A DNA stretch of 64,000 nucleotides from Patescibacteria group bacterium (GTDB lineage: Bacteria > Patescibacteriota > JABMPQ01): the NCBI GenBank assembly GCA_041749335.1, contig JBGTBM010000010.1, positions 68,533 through 132,532 on the forward strand, read 5' to 3'. The notes under the pieces are model-generated. The model was not told the origin of the DNA, did no database searches, and saw nothing but the letters and a program-made list of their open reading frames with translations. The position numbers and the translations under genes are program-made. Position 1 is the stretch's first letter. Every line of letters starts with the position of its first letter. Shown here one piece after another: positions 1 through 7,721 of the stretch.

Positions 1-247
1 CACGTACAATATTGCCTTCTATTTTTCCAATCCAATACTTTTTGGGTAATCTCTTTTTTTGTTCATTAAATCTATAACCATGCCAAAAATCTCCGTCTAT
101 AAAAACTGCTTTCTTTTTTCTTGGCAATGCTATGTCAGGATTTCCTGCTACTTGTTTATAATGTTTTTGAAAATATATACCCCTCCTCCTAAGCTCTCTG
201 AATACTAAAACTTCTGCTTTTGTATTTTTTGAACGAATCTTTGACAT
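1..247 (-). CDS. vsr: Very-short-patch-repair endonuclease Vsr (T:G mismatch nicking enzyme). N-terminal 82 aa only; the C-terminus runs off the window start.
   Basis: Reverse-strand translation MSKIRSKNTKAEVLVFRELRRRGIYFQKHYKQVAGNPDIALPRKKKAVFIDGDFWHGYRF...KYWIGKIEGNIVR matches the Vsr/DUF559 motifs RSKN and FIDGxFWHG. A strong SD (AAGAGGAG) lies 7 nt upstream of the ATG at 245-247(-). Confidence 0.85.
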   Translation of the reverse strand, partial: MSKIRSKNTKAEVLVFRELRRRGIYFQKHYKQVAGNPDIALPRKKKAVFIDGDFWHGYRFNEQKKRLPKKYWIGKIEGNIVR

Positions 248-286
248 TATTTCGCTCCTCTTTCTTTTTGTGAAGCAGTCAGTCAT

Positions 287-1402
287 CTATTCTTTGTTTG
301 CAAATTTTTCATAACTTCCAAGAGAAGAAAAATTTATTTCAAAATTTAACTCATTAATTTTATCTATCCGCACAGAATCTATGCCGACTTCTCGCAGTTT
401 TTCATATTTTAGAAGCTCGCCCGGCCTGATTTCTAGCACATCTCTCAATATCCACCTGCCTAATTCTTTATTAGAATAAGACATTAAAGCTTTCCCGCCA
501 GCCTGGCAGATTTTTGACTTCATGCTGTTGCCATCCGGCAGCCTCAGCATAAATGGAGTCTCCCTGTCAGGAAAAAATTTTGGATAATTCTTATGTATAT
601 TTGCGGGCACTGGTATATATATTTCATCTAAATGTCTTGTTCTGCCTCCAGCATTCCATTGATTGAGCCCGCTTTTACTAAAAACCTCCATGTTCTTCCC
701 GTATAAAGGCAAATATATTGTATCTATTATTCTCTTTTTGTCCTCAAAAACCAATTCTTCTCTATTATAAATCTTCATGATATTATCAAGCGGATCTTTA
801 ATTATCTTAATATCAAAATTATATTCTATGGGGCTTGTATTAAATCTTTTTGTAAGTGTACTTTTAGAAAGAAGGAATGAATATTCATTATTATTATCCT
901 GAAACTTTATCGAGCTTTCAGATTTCTTTATTATTCTAATTTTTTCAATATTTATTAAATTTAACGGCTCTTCATAAATAAGAAACTTATTTTTACTTCT
1001 TAATACACAGTGGTAAATTGAATCTTTTATTCCATGGGCGTTATTTGTGAATTTAATCCTTTCATTTCTAAGTTGAGCTATTTTATATATTAAATCCTTT
1101 TCCTTTAGGTTCTTATACATCTTTCTTTCGCGGTTAAATTCAGCTATTTTTTGAAATGTCTTATTGTTTCCTAATAAAAATGTTTTTAATCCGATTCCGA
1201 GGCTTTGTTTTTTTGCATCAACGGATACATCGCTTCTTGATAAATCTTCAGCATTAAATGCACGGCAAAATATTTTTTCAGCAATTCTATAATAAAGATA
1301 TGGAGTGGGTGAATCAGAGAATAGATTAGAAAGGCTTCCAACTACCGTCAGAAACTTTATATAAAATTCTTTTTCTTGTTTTTTCTGATTTTTATAAAAC
1401 AT
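287..1402 (-). CDS. Putative Type II restriction endonuclease, the partner of the adjacent C5-methyltransferase.
   Basis: A 371-aa ORF lies 4 nt downstream of the MTase gene on the same strand and directly upstream of vsr. No conserved catalytic motif was confidently recognised, so the call rests on its position in the M-R-V arrangement. Confidence 0.5.
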   Translation of the reverse strand: MFYKNQKKQEKEFYIKFLTVVGSLSNLFSDSPTPYLYYRIAEKIFCRAFNAEDLSRSDVSVDAKKQSLGIGLKTFLLGNNKTFQKIAEFNRERKMYKNLKEKDLIYKIAQLRNERIKFTNNAHGIKDSIYHCVLRSKNKFLIYEEPLNLINIEKIRIIKKSESSIKFQDNNNEYSFLLSKSTLTKRFNTSPIEYNFDIKIIKDPLDNIMKIYNREELVFEDKKRIIDTIYLPLYGKNMEVFSKSGLNQWNAGGRTRHLDEIYIPVPANIHKNYPKFFPDRETPFMLRLPDGNSMKSKICQAGGKALMSYSNKELGRWILRDVLEIRPGELLKYEKLREVGIDSVRIDKINELNFEINFSSLGSYEKFANKE

Positions 1403-1406
1403 TTAA

Positions 1407-2408
1407 TTATCTTAATGCTTTTGCAACATTTTTTGCTATTCGCTCTACCACTGTAACGGTAACCGAATTCCCTATTTGCTTATATAGGTGTGAATCCGAC
1501 ATATTGGGAAGCTTATAGCTGTCTGGAAATCCTTGAAGTTTTGCACACTCCTTCGGAGTTAATTTCCTTATCCCATTGTCATCCATAATGATAGGAACAT
1601 TATGCCCGCCCATTCCCATATTCGCAGTTAATGTTGGACATACTCTCTTCTTATTATCTCTCACATATTTTCGCCTCCATTGATAAACGGTATTTTTTGA
1701 AACAATTTCATTTTTCAATTTATTAAACAGTGGCTTACCGCTATAATAATATTCTTTATCCACACTTTTTTCTAATAAATTACGCACATTTAAAATTAAT
1801 TTTATTTTTTTGGGAAATGCAAATTTATTAAAGGCAATTTTGGAATCAAAGCCAACAATATATATTCTTTCTCTATTTTGTGGGATATTGCCATACTCCA
1901 TGCTATTTAAAACTTTTGATTTTATATAATATCCTAAATCTTCAAGCGTTTCTTTTATTATTCTATAGGTTTTTCCATTATCGTGTCCTTTCAAATTCTT
2001 TACATTTTCAAGAAACAAAACCTCTGGTTTTTTTTCTTTAATAATTCTTGTAATATCAAAAAATAAATTACCTCTTTTTTTGTCTTTAAATCCTTTTCTA
2101 TGTCCGGCTATAGAAAAGGGTTGGCATGGAAATCCAGCTAATAGAACATTAAAATTTGGCAAATCTTTAGATTTTATATTCGATATGCTTCTTAACGTCA
2201 TTGATGTTTCCGGAAAATTTAAATCATAGGTGTATTTACAATATTTATCAAAATCATTAGCATACACGGTTTCAAAACCTGCTTTTTCGAATCCCAATCT
2301 AATCCCGCCTATTCCAGCAAATAAATCTATAGATTTTAAATTCTTAATATTATTTTTCATTATATAAATTATTTCTTCCATTTTACCCCAAATCCCATTT
2401 CCCGCCAA
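1407..2408 (-). CDS. DNA (cytosine-5)-methyltransferase, Type II R-M methylase.
   Basis: Canonical m5C-MTase motifs are present: I DLFAGIGG, IV GFPCQPFS (catalytic Cys), VI LFLENVKNL, VIII QNRERIYIVG, X QIGNSVTV. Confidence 0.9.
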   Translation of the reverse strand: MAGNGIWGKMEEIIYIMKNNIKNLKSIDLFAGIGGIRLGFEKAGFETVYANDFDKYCKYTYDLNFPETSMTLRSISNIKSKDLPNFNVLLAGFPCQPFSIAGHRKGFKDKKRGNLFFDITRIIKEKKPEVLFLENVKNLKGHDNGKTYRIIKETLEDLGYYIKSKVLNSMEYGNIPQNRERIYIVGFDSKIAFNKFAFPKKIKLILNVRNLLEKSVDKEYYYSGKPLFNKLKNEIVSKNTVYQWRRKYVRDNKKRVCPTLTANMGMGGHNVPIIMDDNGIRKLTPKECAKLQGFPDSYKLPNMSDSHLYKQIGNSVTVTVVERIAKNVAKALR

Positions 2409-2422
2409 TCAAAAACGAGGCG

Positions 2423-2452
2423 ACTTATGCCCCGTTTTTTTATTTTCAAATT
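2423..2452 (-). terminator. Rho-independent terminator downstream of the secreted-protein gene, insulating it from the R-M unit.
   Basis: Minus-strand hairpin aacgggg-cataagtcg-cctcgtt followed by TTTTTG. Confidence 0.4.
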
Positions 2453-2458
2453 TACGCT

Positions 2459-2977
2459 CTATAAAGCCACCCAAGCGTTATCTTCATTGCATAAAAACAA
2501 GCCTTCGGCGCCGGATGCGACATTGCCAAATAGATTGCCGGTTTCACATTCTCCGGAGGGAGCTTTGGTATCGTGCGGCAAGCGCAAAACATAGTTGGCC
2601 TGGACGCCGTCGGAATTCAACCAATGGCTGGAAATTTTCGCCGCACCGATATTGGCCATCCCTTCCACAGTTAAATCGCCCTGAATCAAAATATCATCCG
2701 CAATTTTGACCGGCATGGTGTCCGTACCGTCTCCGCGCGTGATTGCTCCGTCCACTCGCAAATCATCCGCGATCGTTACCGGAATGTCTTCCCCGATATT
2801 CACGATGGAGCCGTTGAAATAAGTGACGCCTCCGATGCCTTCTTCTCCCACTTGCAAAGAAGAAACGCGCAATACTCCGTCCGTGGTTGGCTGCAAGACT
2901 TCGGCCGTGGTAGCGAAAGCTGTTCCCGCCATGGCAAAGATCCCCAGCAGCGCGCAAATGCCCATGAGCTTTTTCAT
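2459..2977 (-). CDS. Secreted hypothetical protein with an N-terminal signal peptide. Its GC content is markedly higher than neighbouring genes.
   Basis: The N-terminus MKKLMGICALLGIFAMAGTAFA reads as a signal peptide, and the ORF is about 50 % GC against about 28 % for the flanking R-M genes. The internal ORFs on both strands look spurious. Confidence 0.6.
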   Translation of the reverse strand: MKKLMGICALLGIFAMAGTAFATTAEVLQPTTDGVLRVSSLQVGEEGIGGVTYFNGSIVNIGEDIPVTIADDLRVDGAITRGDGTDTMPVKIADDILIQGDLTVEGMANIGAAKISSHWLNSDGVQANYVLRLPHDTKAPSGECETGNLFGNVASGAEGLFLCNEDNAWVAL

Positions 2978-3093
2978 ATTTTTTATTATTTATTAAATTA
3001 CTTTAGTATATTATAACACTGCTCTTCAAACTATAAAAAAAGCGCCTGCTTACGCAAACGCTTGAAAATGTCGATGTAAATATTTTATCTAAA

Positions 3094-3375
3094 TTACTTC
3101 GTCTCCCTAAGGATATCCAACAGCACATTGCCGGAATGTCTAACCTTGAGGCGCCGGCCCAGATAATTAACCGCCAATCCGGAAAAAGCTATTCCCAAAT
3201 GGATCAAGGGAACGCCGAATTTCATCCAATCCTGCCCGGAGATTACCCACCAGCAGCCGACCAATGAATTTGATAGCGGATAGATGACAAGGAGTAATAG
3301 ACCCCACCACAGAACCATTATGCCGATTAATTCCAGCCGATAGCCAAGATTAAAAAGAACCGTGCCCATAAACAT
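3094..3375 (-). CDS. Small hydrophobic membrane protein (hypothetical).
   Basis: 93-aa ORF with 2-3 predicted TM helices. Confidence 0.4.
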   Translation of the reverse strand: MFMGTVLFNLGYRLELIGIMVLWWGLLLLVIYPLSNSLVGCWWVISGQDWMKFGVPLIHLGIAFSGLAVNYLGRRLKVRHSGNVLLDILRETK

Positions 3376-3512
3376 TCCTCCTATCCTCCTTTCTCTGCTG
3401 CTTATATGCTACTATATTGATTTTTTACTGTCAAAAAAAGATTTATCTAATAAATATTTTTTAATTATATAAAAAAACCACCTCTCTTGAGGCAGTTTTT
3501 ATTTTCCATAAT

Positions 3513-4328
3513 TTATTCACTCAATTTCATCTCATATGTTTTTAAAATCTTGCCTTTTTCTCCGGCAGCGGTATCAACACTCCCATTACAAGTTGTCATG
3601 GTTCCCTCTTGGGTACATTCATCTTCCCGTGCGTCATTAGCATCATGCACTTCCAGATATGAGATATCCAGAATTTCATCAATTGAGTTGAAGGTTTTAC
3701 TCATTCCCATTTCAAAGCTATTGGACGTAATTCCTTCCATAGTTTCCGGCTTTTGTTCCAGGCAAGTTGAAGAATAATCATCAAAGGGATCATAGTTTAT
3801 ATTTTCTTTGGTGCAGATACGTTTTATAAGCTGTGATGCCAGCTCACGCTCATGATTACTATTTTGTAATATGCCAACATAATAATAAGCGGTATTTAAT
3901 TGCGCGCAGGCCATATTAAGCGGATGGCATTTATCGTCCGTGTGATTAGACGGGATATTGTCTTTAATAAATATTCTAAAATTGGCTTCCAGTTGTCCTT
4001 TGTCAGTTTTTGTTAAGGCTGCTGTTCCGCTGATTTTTTCGTCTTGTGATGAAATTTTTAAGGCTTGGCCATCGTATTGATTAAGCTCTTCATCGGTCAT
4101 CTTGGTAACACTTTCTTTTTCCGCATCGTCTCCTTTAAATATCCCGATTAAAGCCACTACGCCAAATATTCCCAAAACAATTACCAATATGGTTACCACA
4201 ATGGCGATTATTATACATCCCCCTTTTTTGGATTTCTTGGTTACTGCGGATGCAGTTGGTACTGATGCAGGCTGATTAGCAGCCGGCGCGGCAGTTTCAT
4301 TTTTATTTTCCGGGTTGGTTGTTGGCAT
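3513..4328 (-). CDS. Single-pass membrane protein with a Cys-containing extracytoplasmic domain (hypothetical).
   Basis: Pro/Ala-rich N-terminus, a TM helix IIIAIVVTILVIVLGIFGVVALIGIF, then a C-terminal domain with several Cys. Confidence 0.6.
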   Translation of the reverse strand: MPTTNPENKNETAAPAANQPASVPTASAVTKKSKKGGCIIIAIVVTILVIVLGIFGVVALIGIFKGDDAEKESVTKMTDEELNQYDGQALKISSQDEKISGTAALTKTDKGQLEANFRIFIKDNIPSNHTDDKCHPLNMACAQLNTAYYYVGILQNSNHERELASQLIKRICTKENINYDPFDDYSSTCLEQKPETMEGITSNSFEMGMSKTFNSIDEILDISYLEVHDANDAREDECTQEGTMTTCNGSVDTAAGEKGKILKTYEMKLSE

Positions 4329-4419
4329 ATTTTATTATTATTTATCTAACTTCTTAAGCTTAATATATCCGGCGTTATTCTCCAACCTATTTTTAATAAT
4401 TTATTATTTAGCAAAATAA

Positions 4420-4456
4420 AACAAAAGACCCCACATTTCTGCGGGGCCTTTTTATC
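4420..4456 (-). terminator. Rho-independent terminator of csp copy 1.
   Basis: Minus-strand hairpin GGCCCCGCAGAAATGTGGGGTC followed by TTTTGTTTT. An almost identical element follows csp copy 2. Confidence 0.6.
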
Positions 4457-4470
4457 TGTAAATTAAGTAA

Positions 4471-4671
4471 TTACACTTTCTTTACATTGGTAGCGTTTGG
4501 TCCTTTTGGACTTTCGCCAATCTCGAATTCAACTGTGTCGCCTTCTTTCAAATCATTGAATTCTACACCTTGTAGTTCTGTTGAATGAAAGAATAGGTCT
4601 TTTTCTTCGCCTTCAATAGCGATGAATCCGAACCCACGATCAGTTAAACGAGCAATTTTTCCAGTTGCCAT
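4471..4671 (-). CDS. csp: Cold-shock protein, CspA family (copy 1).
   Basis: 66 aa, with the RNP1 motif GFGFI and cold-shock-domain (OB-fold) pattern LTDRGFGFIAIEG...DLFFH. Confidence 0.9.
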   Translation of the reverse strand: MATGKIARLTDRGFGFIAIEGEEKDLFFHSTELQGVEFNDLKEGDTVEFEIGESPKGPNATNVKKV

Positions 4672-4686
4672 GTTTATTTATGATTG

Positions 4687-4758
4687 TTTCTTAAGTTCAC
4701 TTATGGTTCCTGCAAGGGAAAGTTCGACTACGCTACTCCTGCAAACCTCTGTGACATT
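4687..4758 (-). promoter_or_regulatory. Conserved 5' leader (candidate cold-box or RNA-thermosensor element) of csp copy 1.
   Basis: A 72-nt stretch between the putative promoter and the ATG is about 90 % identical to the equivalent stretch upstream of csp copy 2 (10772-10842). That is higher than the identity of the coding sequences. Confidence 0.45.
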
Positions 4759-4762
4759 GTGT

Positions 4763-4792
4763 ATACTAGCATAGTAAGGTTTTTTTGTCAAC
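4763..4792 (-). promoter_or_regulatory. Putative sigma-70 promoter of csp copy 1.
   Basis: Minus-strand TTGACA - 18 nt - TAGTAT. Confidence 0.35.
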
Positions 4793-4802
4793 ACATTATA
4801 CT

Positions 4803-4859
4803 AAAACCAGACCCACTAAAGTAGTAAATCACAACAATTTGCTAATAAGTTGGGTCTAG
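4803..4859 (-). terminator. Insulating rho-independent terminator upstream of the csp copy-1 promoter. Member of a 3-copy terminator motif family.
   Basis: Minus-strand CTAGACCCAAC...TTGTTGTGATTTA...AGTGGGTCTGG followed by TTTT. The same architecture recurs at 10929-10986 and 15515-15567. Confidence 0.45.
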
Positions 4860-5029
4860 TCAATTACCTTAGCACGGTTAGATTAATATTACTAGCCTTT
4901 AGCAAACGAGGTGGTTTTTAGGATTAAGACTATTTAACGGCGGCAAAAAATAAAACCGGTCCGGCATCTTGACACCGATACTTCAATATAATAAGTTTAC
5001 ATGAAAGTGCATGACGTAGGAGGTTTGCA

Positions 5030-5245
5030 ATGTCGGGTAAATATCATTTTGAATGCCTCAACCCATCCTGTAAGTGGGGTACCGAAATAGAAGCTGACAA
5101 CGAAAACGATGCGATTGACTTTGCTTTTCGCAAGCATGATGAGCGCTGGATAAATATGGCCAAAAACAATCCCGGCAACTTTCAATTCTGTCCCGGCCGG
5201 CATTTTATCATCACATCCCCCGAAGGTAAAATCTCGCGCTTTTAG
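5030..5245 (+). CDS. Small Cys/His-containing protein (hypothetical).
   Basis: 71-aa ORF with a strong SD (TAGGAGG) 7 nt upstream, and a possible TTGACA/TATAAT promoter at about 4950-4975. The antisense ORF 4997-5287 overlaps it and was rejected. Confidence 0.5.
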   Translation: MSGKYHFECLNPSCKWGTEIEADNENDAIDFAFRKHDERWINMAKNNPGNFQFCPGRHFIITSPEGKISRF

Positions 5246-5402
5246 TTCTTTTGTCATATTAATGATCAATCTCGGCGATAACATCAATGGGATTTTTTTG
5301 ACTGCGAAATTTAATTGTCAACAAATACTAAACTTTAACATTGCAAACATTTTTTATTTTTGCGGGTAAAATGCTATACTGATAGAAATTAACAAAATTA
5401 TT

Positions 5403-5771
5403 ATGAATAAAAGATTAAGAGATTCGCTGCTTTTGGGAGCTGTACTGGGAATATTCTGCATTATCGGCATCGGCCTAAGACTGGGATTTGAAGGCAATGC
5501 GCTTTTTCTTTTTTCCGCCTGGTATAATCGGGTTATTCTGGGACTAGTGATCGGTTTGGCAGCTCCTCTTGTTTTTATTAAAGGCAGTGCCAATCGTTTT
5601 ATTCGCGGCGGCGTGCTGGGGCTGCTGGTTTCTTTCGCCTGGTTTGCTTCCACCGACTTTATTGATCCGCTGGGATTTGCGGCCGGCATCGTCTATGGCG
5701 TAATTATTGACGCGCTTATAACCAACGAAGCGAAAACAAAAATTGCCAAAAATGACGAAAAAGCTAACTAA
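5403..5771 (+). CDS. Integral membrane protein (hypothetical).
   Basis: 122 aa with about 4 TM helices. Its last codons overlap the start of the downstream hydrolase gene, which implies an operon. Confidence 0.55.
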   Translation: MNKRLRDSLLLGAVLGIFCIIGIGLRLGFEGNALFLFSAWYNRVILGLVIGLAAPLVFIKGSANRFIRGGVLGLLVSFAWFASTDFIDPLGFAAGIVYGVIIDALITNEAKTKIAKNDEKAN

Positions 5772-6735
5772 AGCATTAAAAATTATCGGGATCGTTATTC
5801 TCTCTTTTTTTATTTTGCTTTCGGTAGTTCCCTATCTTATCCCCCTTCCGCAAGATCTTCCCTGCAAGTCTAAAGAGGATCTAATGTCTCCAGACGGTCA
5901 TTTTACCGAGATTATGGGAAAACAAATGTATTACGAGGATTATGGCGATCAAAACGCGGAAAGTACAATTATTTTAGTACATGGTTTTGGCGCCAGTACT
6001 TTTTCCTTTCGCCACAACATTGCCGCCCTGACTTCAATGGATCTACGCGTAATCGCGGTGGATCTCTTGGGATATGGATTATCGGATAAAGATTATTTCT
6101 CGGATTATTCCCACCCCGCGCATGCCATAAGGCTTAAGGCGTTAATGGATAAGCTAAATATCGAAAAAGCGTATTTTATGGGACACAGTATGGGCGCGAG
6201 CGTAATCACGCATTTTGCCTCAAAATATCCCAATACCGCTGAAGCCCTTATTTTGGCCGCACCGGCGGTGGATACCAAGAGCTTGGAACCCAATCTGGAC
6301 GCGGCACGAATCGGCTCCAAACTGCTATTTTACCCGCCTTTCCGGCGCATTGCTCAATTGGCTTTGCGGGGCTACTTTTTCCCCGATAATGTCGATAAAA
6401 TATTAGCGAGCGCTTATTATAATACCGCTTTGATTACCGCTGATATTAATGCCGGCTATGCCGACCGGGTTATTACCGGAGATTGGGATTTGGCTCTTTT
6501 GGGCTCTACCCGCGATTATGCGAAAAATACCTTAGATTTTAATATTAATGATCTGAATAAAGAGGTTTTAATCATTGCCGGCGCAGATGACACTTGGATC
6601 CCGCTTTCGCAGGTAGAATATTTACATGAACAAATTGTTGGTTCAAGACTGCAGGTAATTCCCCGCTCCGGACATTTAGTGATGGAGGAAAGCCCGCATG
6701 AATTTAATCAGATCATCCAAGAATTTTTACCGTAG
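5743..6735 (+). CDS. Alpha/beta-fold hydrolase (esterase/lipase-like).
   Basis: HGFGAS (oxyanion hole) and GHSMGAS (GXSXG nucleophile elbow), plus an N-terminal TM anchor. Confidence 0.8.
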   Translation: MPKMTKKLTKALKIIGIVILSFFILLSVVPYLIPLPQDLPCKSKEDLMSPDGHFTEIMGKQMYYEDYGDQNAESTIILVHGFGASTFSFRHNIAALTSMDLRVIAVDLLGYGLSDKDYFSDYSHPAHAIRLKALMDKLNIEKAYFMGHSMGASVITHFASKYPNTAEALILAAPAVDTKSLEPNLDAARIGSKLLFYPPFRRIAQLALRGYFFPDNVDKILASAYYNTALITADINAGYADRVITGDWDLALLGSTRDYAKNTLDFNINDLNKEVLIIAGADDTWIPLSQVEYLHEQIVGSRLQVIPRSGHLVMEESPHEFNQIIQEFLP

Positions 6736-6783
6736 TTTTTTTCAAAATCCACATAATTATTATCTAAACATTGATATATAAAA

Positions 6784-6806
6784 AAGAAGCGCCCTAAAAC
6801 GCTTCT
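6784..6806. terminator. Bidirectional hairpin between the convergent hydrolase gene and the membrane-protein gene.
   Basis: AGAAGCG-ccctaaaa-CGCTTCT with A/T runs on both sides. Confidence 0.4.
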
Positions 6807-6856
6807 TTATTAATAATTATTTATTCTTCGTAATTCGTCTACTCTCTTATAACCGC

Positions 6857-7606
6857 TTATTCTTCCGGCGCTATTTCCACCTCTGATGGAATCTCGCCTT
6901 TAAATGACACCTTGCCGTCTTTAATACTGGCGTCCTCTATATTTAAGCCCGCAAAATTTTCTATCTGGCTATTGCCAAAAGATATTATTTCCGGCAAAGC
7001 TCGATCTAAAATACTTGATGGTATCGGAAATCGGCCGATCTCTAATTTTTCCGGAATTATTTCCTTAATTTCATTATCAGCCGCGCGCCCTGATATTTTA
7101 AAATAGAATGGCATGGAATCTTCCCGGGAAAGCCTTAAATAATCTAGCGCTTTTTGAATATCTTCTTCACTGTATTTATTGCCGGTTGCCTGGATGAATC
7201 CAATGATTTTATCGACTTGCACCAAGCCGGAGCATTCGCCGGTGCCATCTTCATTGATTTTAATCTGCATGTTTTGCGCTGGATAATATCCCCAGTTATT
7301 GGCATAGTTATTTGTCAGAGCGGTAAATTCCGCCGATGATATTTCAAATTCCGCTTTCTCGGAGCCTGCGGTCTTTAAGCTTTTTTCCGGCGCGGTGGAT
7401 TTCTTTAAAACTTTTACTTCGGCTTTGGTTTTCTTGGTTGCGCTTTTAAGATCCTCTTCGGTATAAGTAATCCCCAAGTCCCTCGGCTTATCCGTTCCCA
7501 TCAATTTTGCGATGGAGGGAATAAATCCAAAATATCCAAGCAGCAGCACTACCCCCAAAATCAACACGATAATGACAGTCCCGATAATAAGTAGCACCTT
7601 TTTCAT
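6857..7606 (-). CDS. N-terminally anchored extracytoplasmic protein (hypothetical).
   Basis: 249 aa, with the TM helix LLIIGTVIIVLILGVVLLLGYFGFI near the N-terminus. Confidence 0.6.
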   Translation of the reverse strand: MKKVLLIIGTVIIVLILGVVLLLGYFGFIPSIAKLMGTDKPRDLGITYTEEDLKSATKKTKAEVKVLKKSTAPEKSLKTAGSEKAEFEISSAEFTALTNNYANNWGYYPAQNMQIKINEDGTGECSGLVQVDKIIGFIQATGNKYSEEDIQKALDYLRLSREDSMPFYFKISGRAADNEIKEIIPEKLEIGRFPIPSSILDRALPEIISFGNSQIENFAGLNIEDASIKDGKVSFKGEIPSEVEIAPEE

Positions 7607-7651
7607 ATTTATTTTAGTTAATTAATATATATTTTATTATATTATATTTTT

Positions 7652-7684
7652 ATTAAAAGAAAAAGAGCGTGGCGACCACGCTCT
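7652..7684 (-). terminator. Rho-independent terminator of typA.
   Basis: Minus-strand hairpin AGAGCGTGG-tcg-CCACGCTCT followed by TTTTCTTTT. Confidence 0.5.
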
Positions 7685-7721
7685 TCATAATTCATTATTC
7701 ATTTCTTCATCCTTCAAATCC

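Noticed and set aside
2515-2957. ORFs 2515-2709(+) and 2763-2957(-) lying inside the secreted-protein gene
   Set aside because: They sit entirely within a longer, signal-peptide-bearing ORF in a GC-rich stretch where spurious open frames are expected. Their products are Arg-rich low-complexity peptides typical of out-of-frame translation.
4997-5287. 96-aa minus-strand ORF overlapping the small plus-strand gene 5030-5245
   Set aside because: The plus-strand ORF has a perfect SD (AGGAGG) and a promoter-like TTGACA/TATAAT pair. The minus-strand ORF has neither, and its only role would be as the gene that the csp-upstream terminator serves. It was judged the less likely of the two. The possibility was noted and not excluded.
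5354-5689. 111-aa minus-strand ORF antisense to the membrane-protein gene 5403-5771
   Set aside because: Its Pro/Ser/Arg-rich composition is typical of antisense frames in GC-rich DNA. The sense ORF encodes a coherent 4-TM protein.
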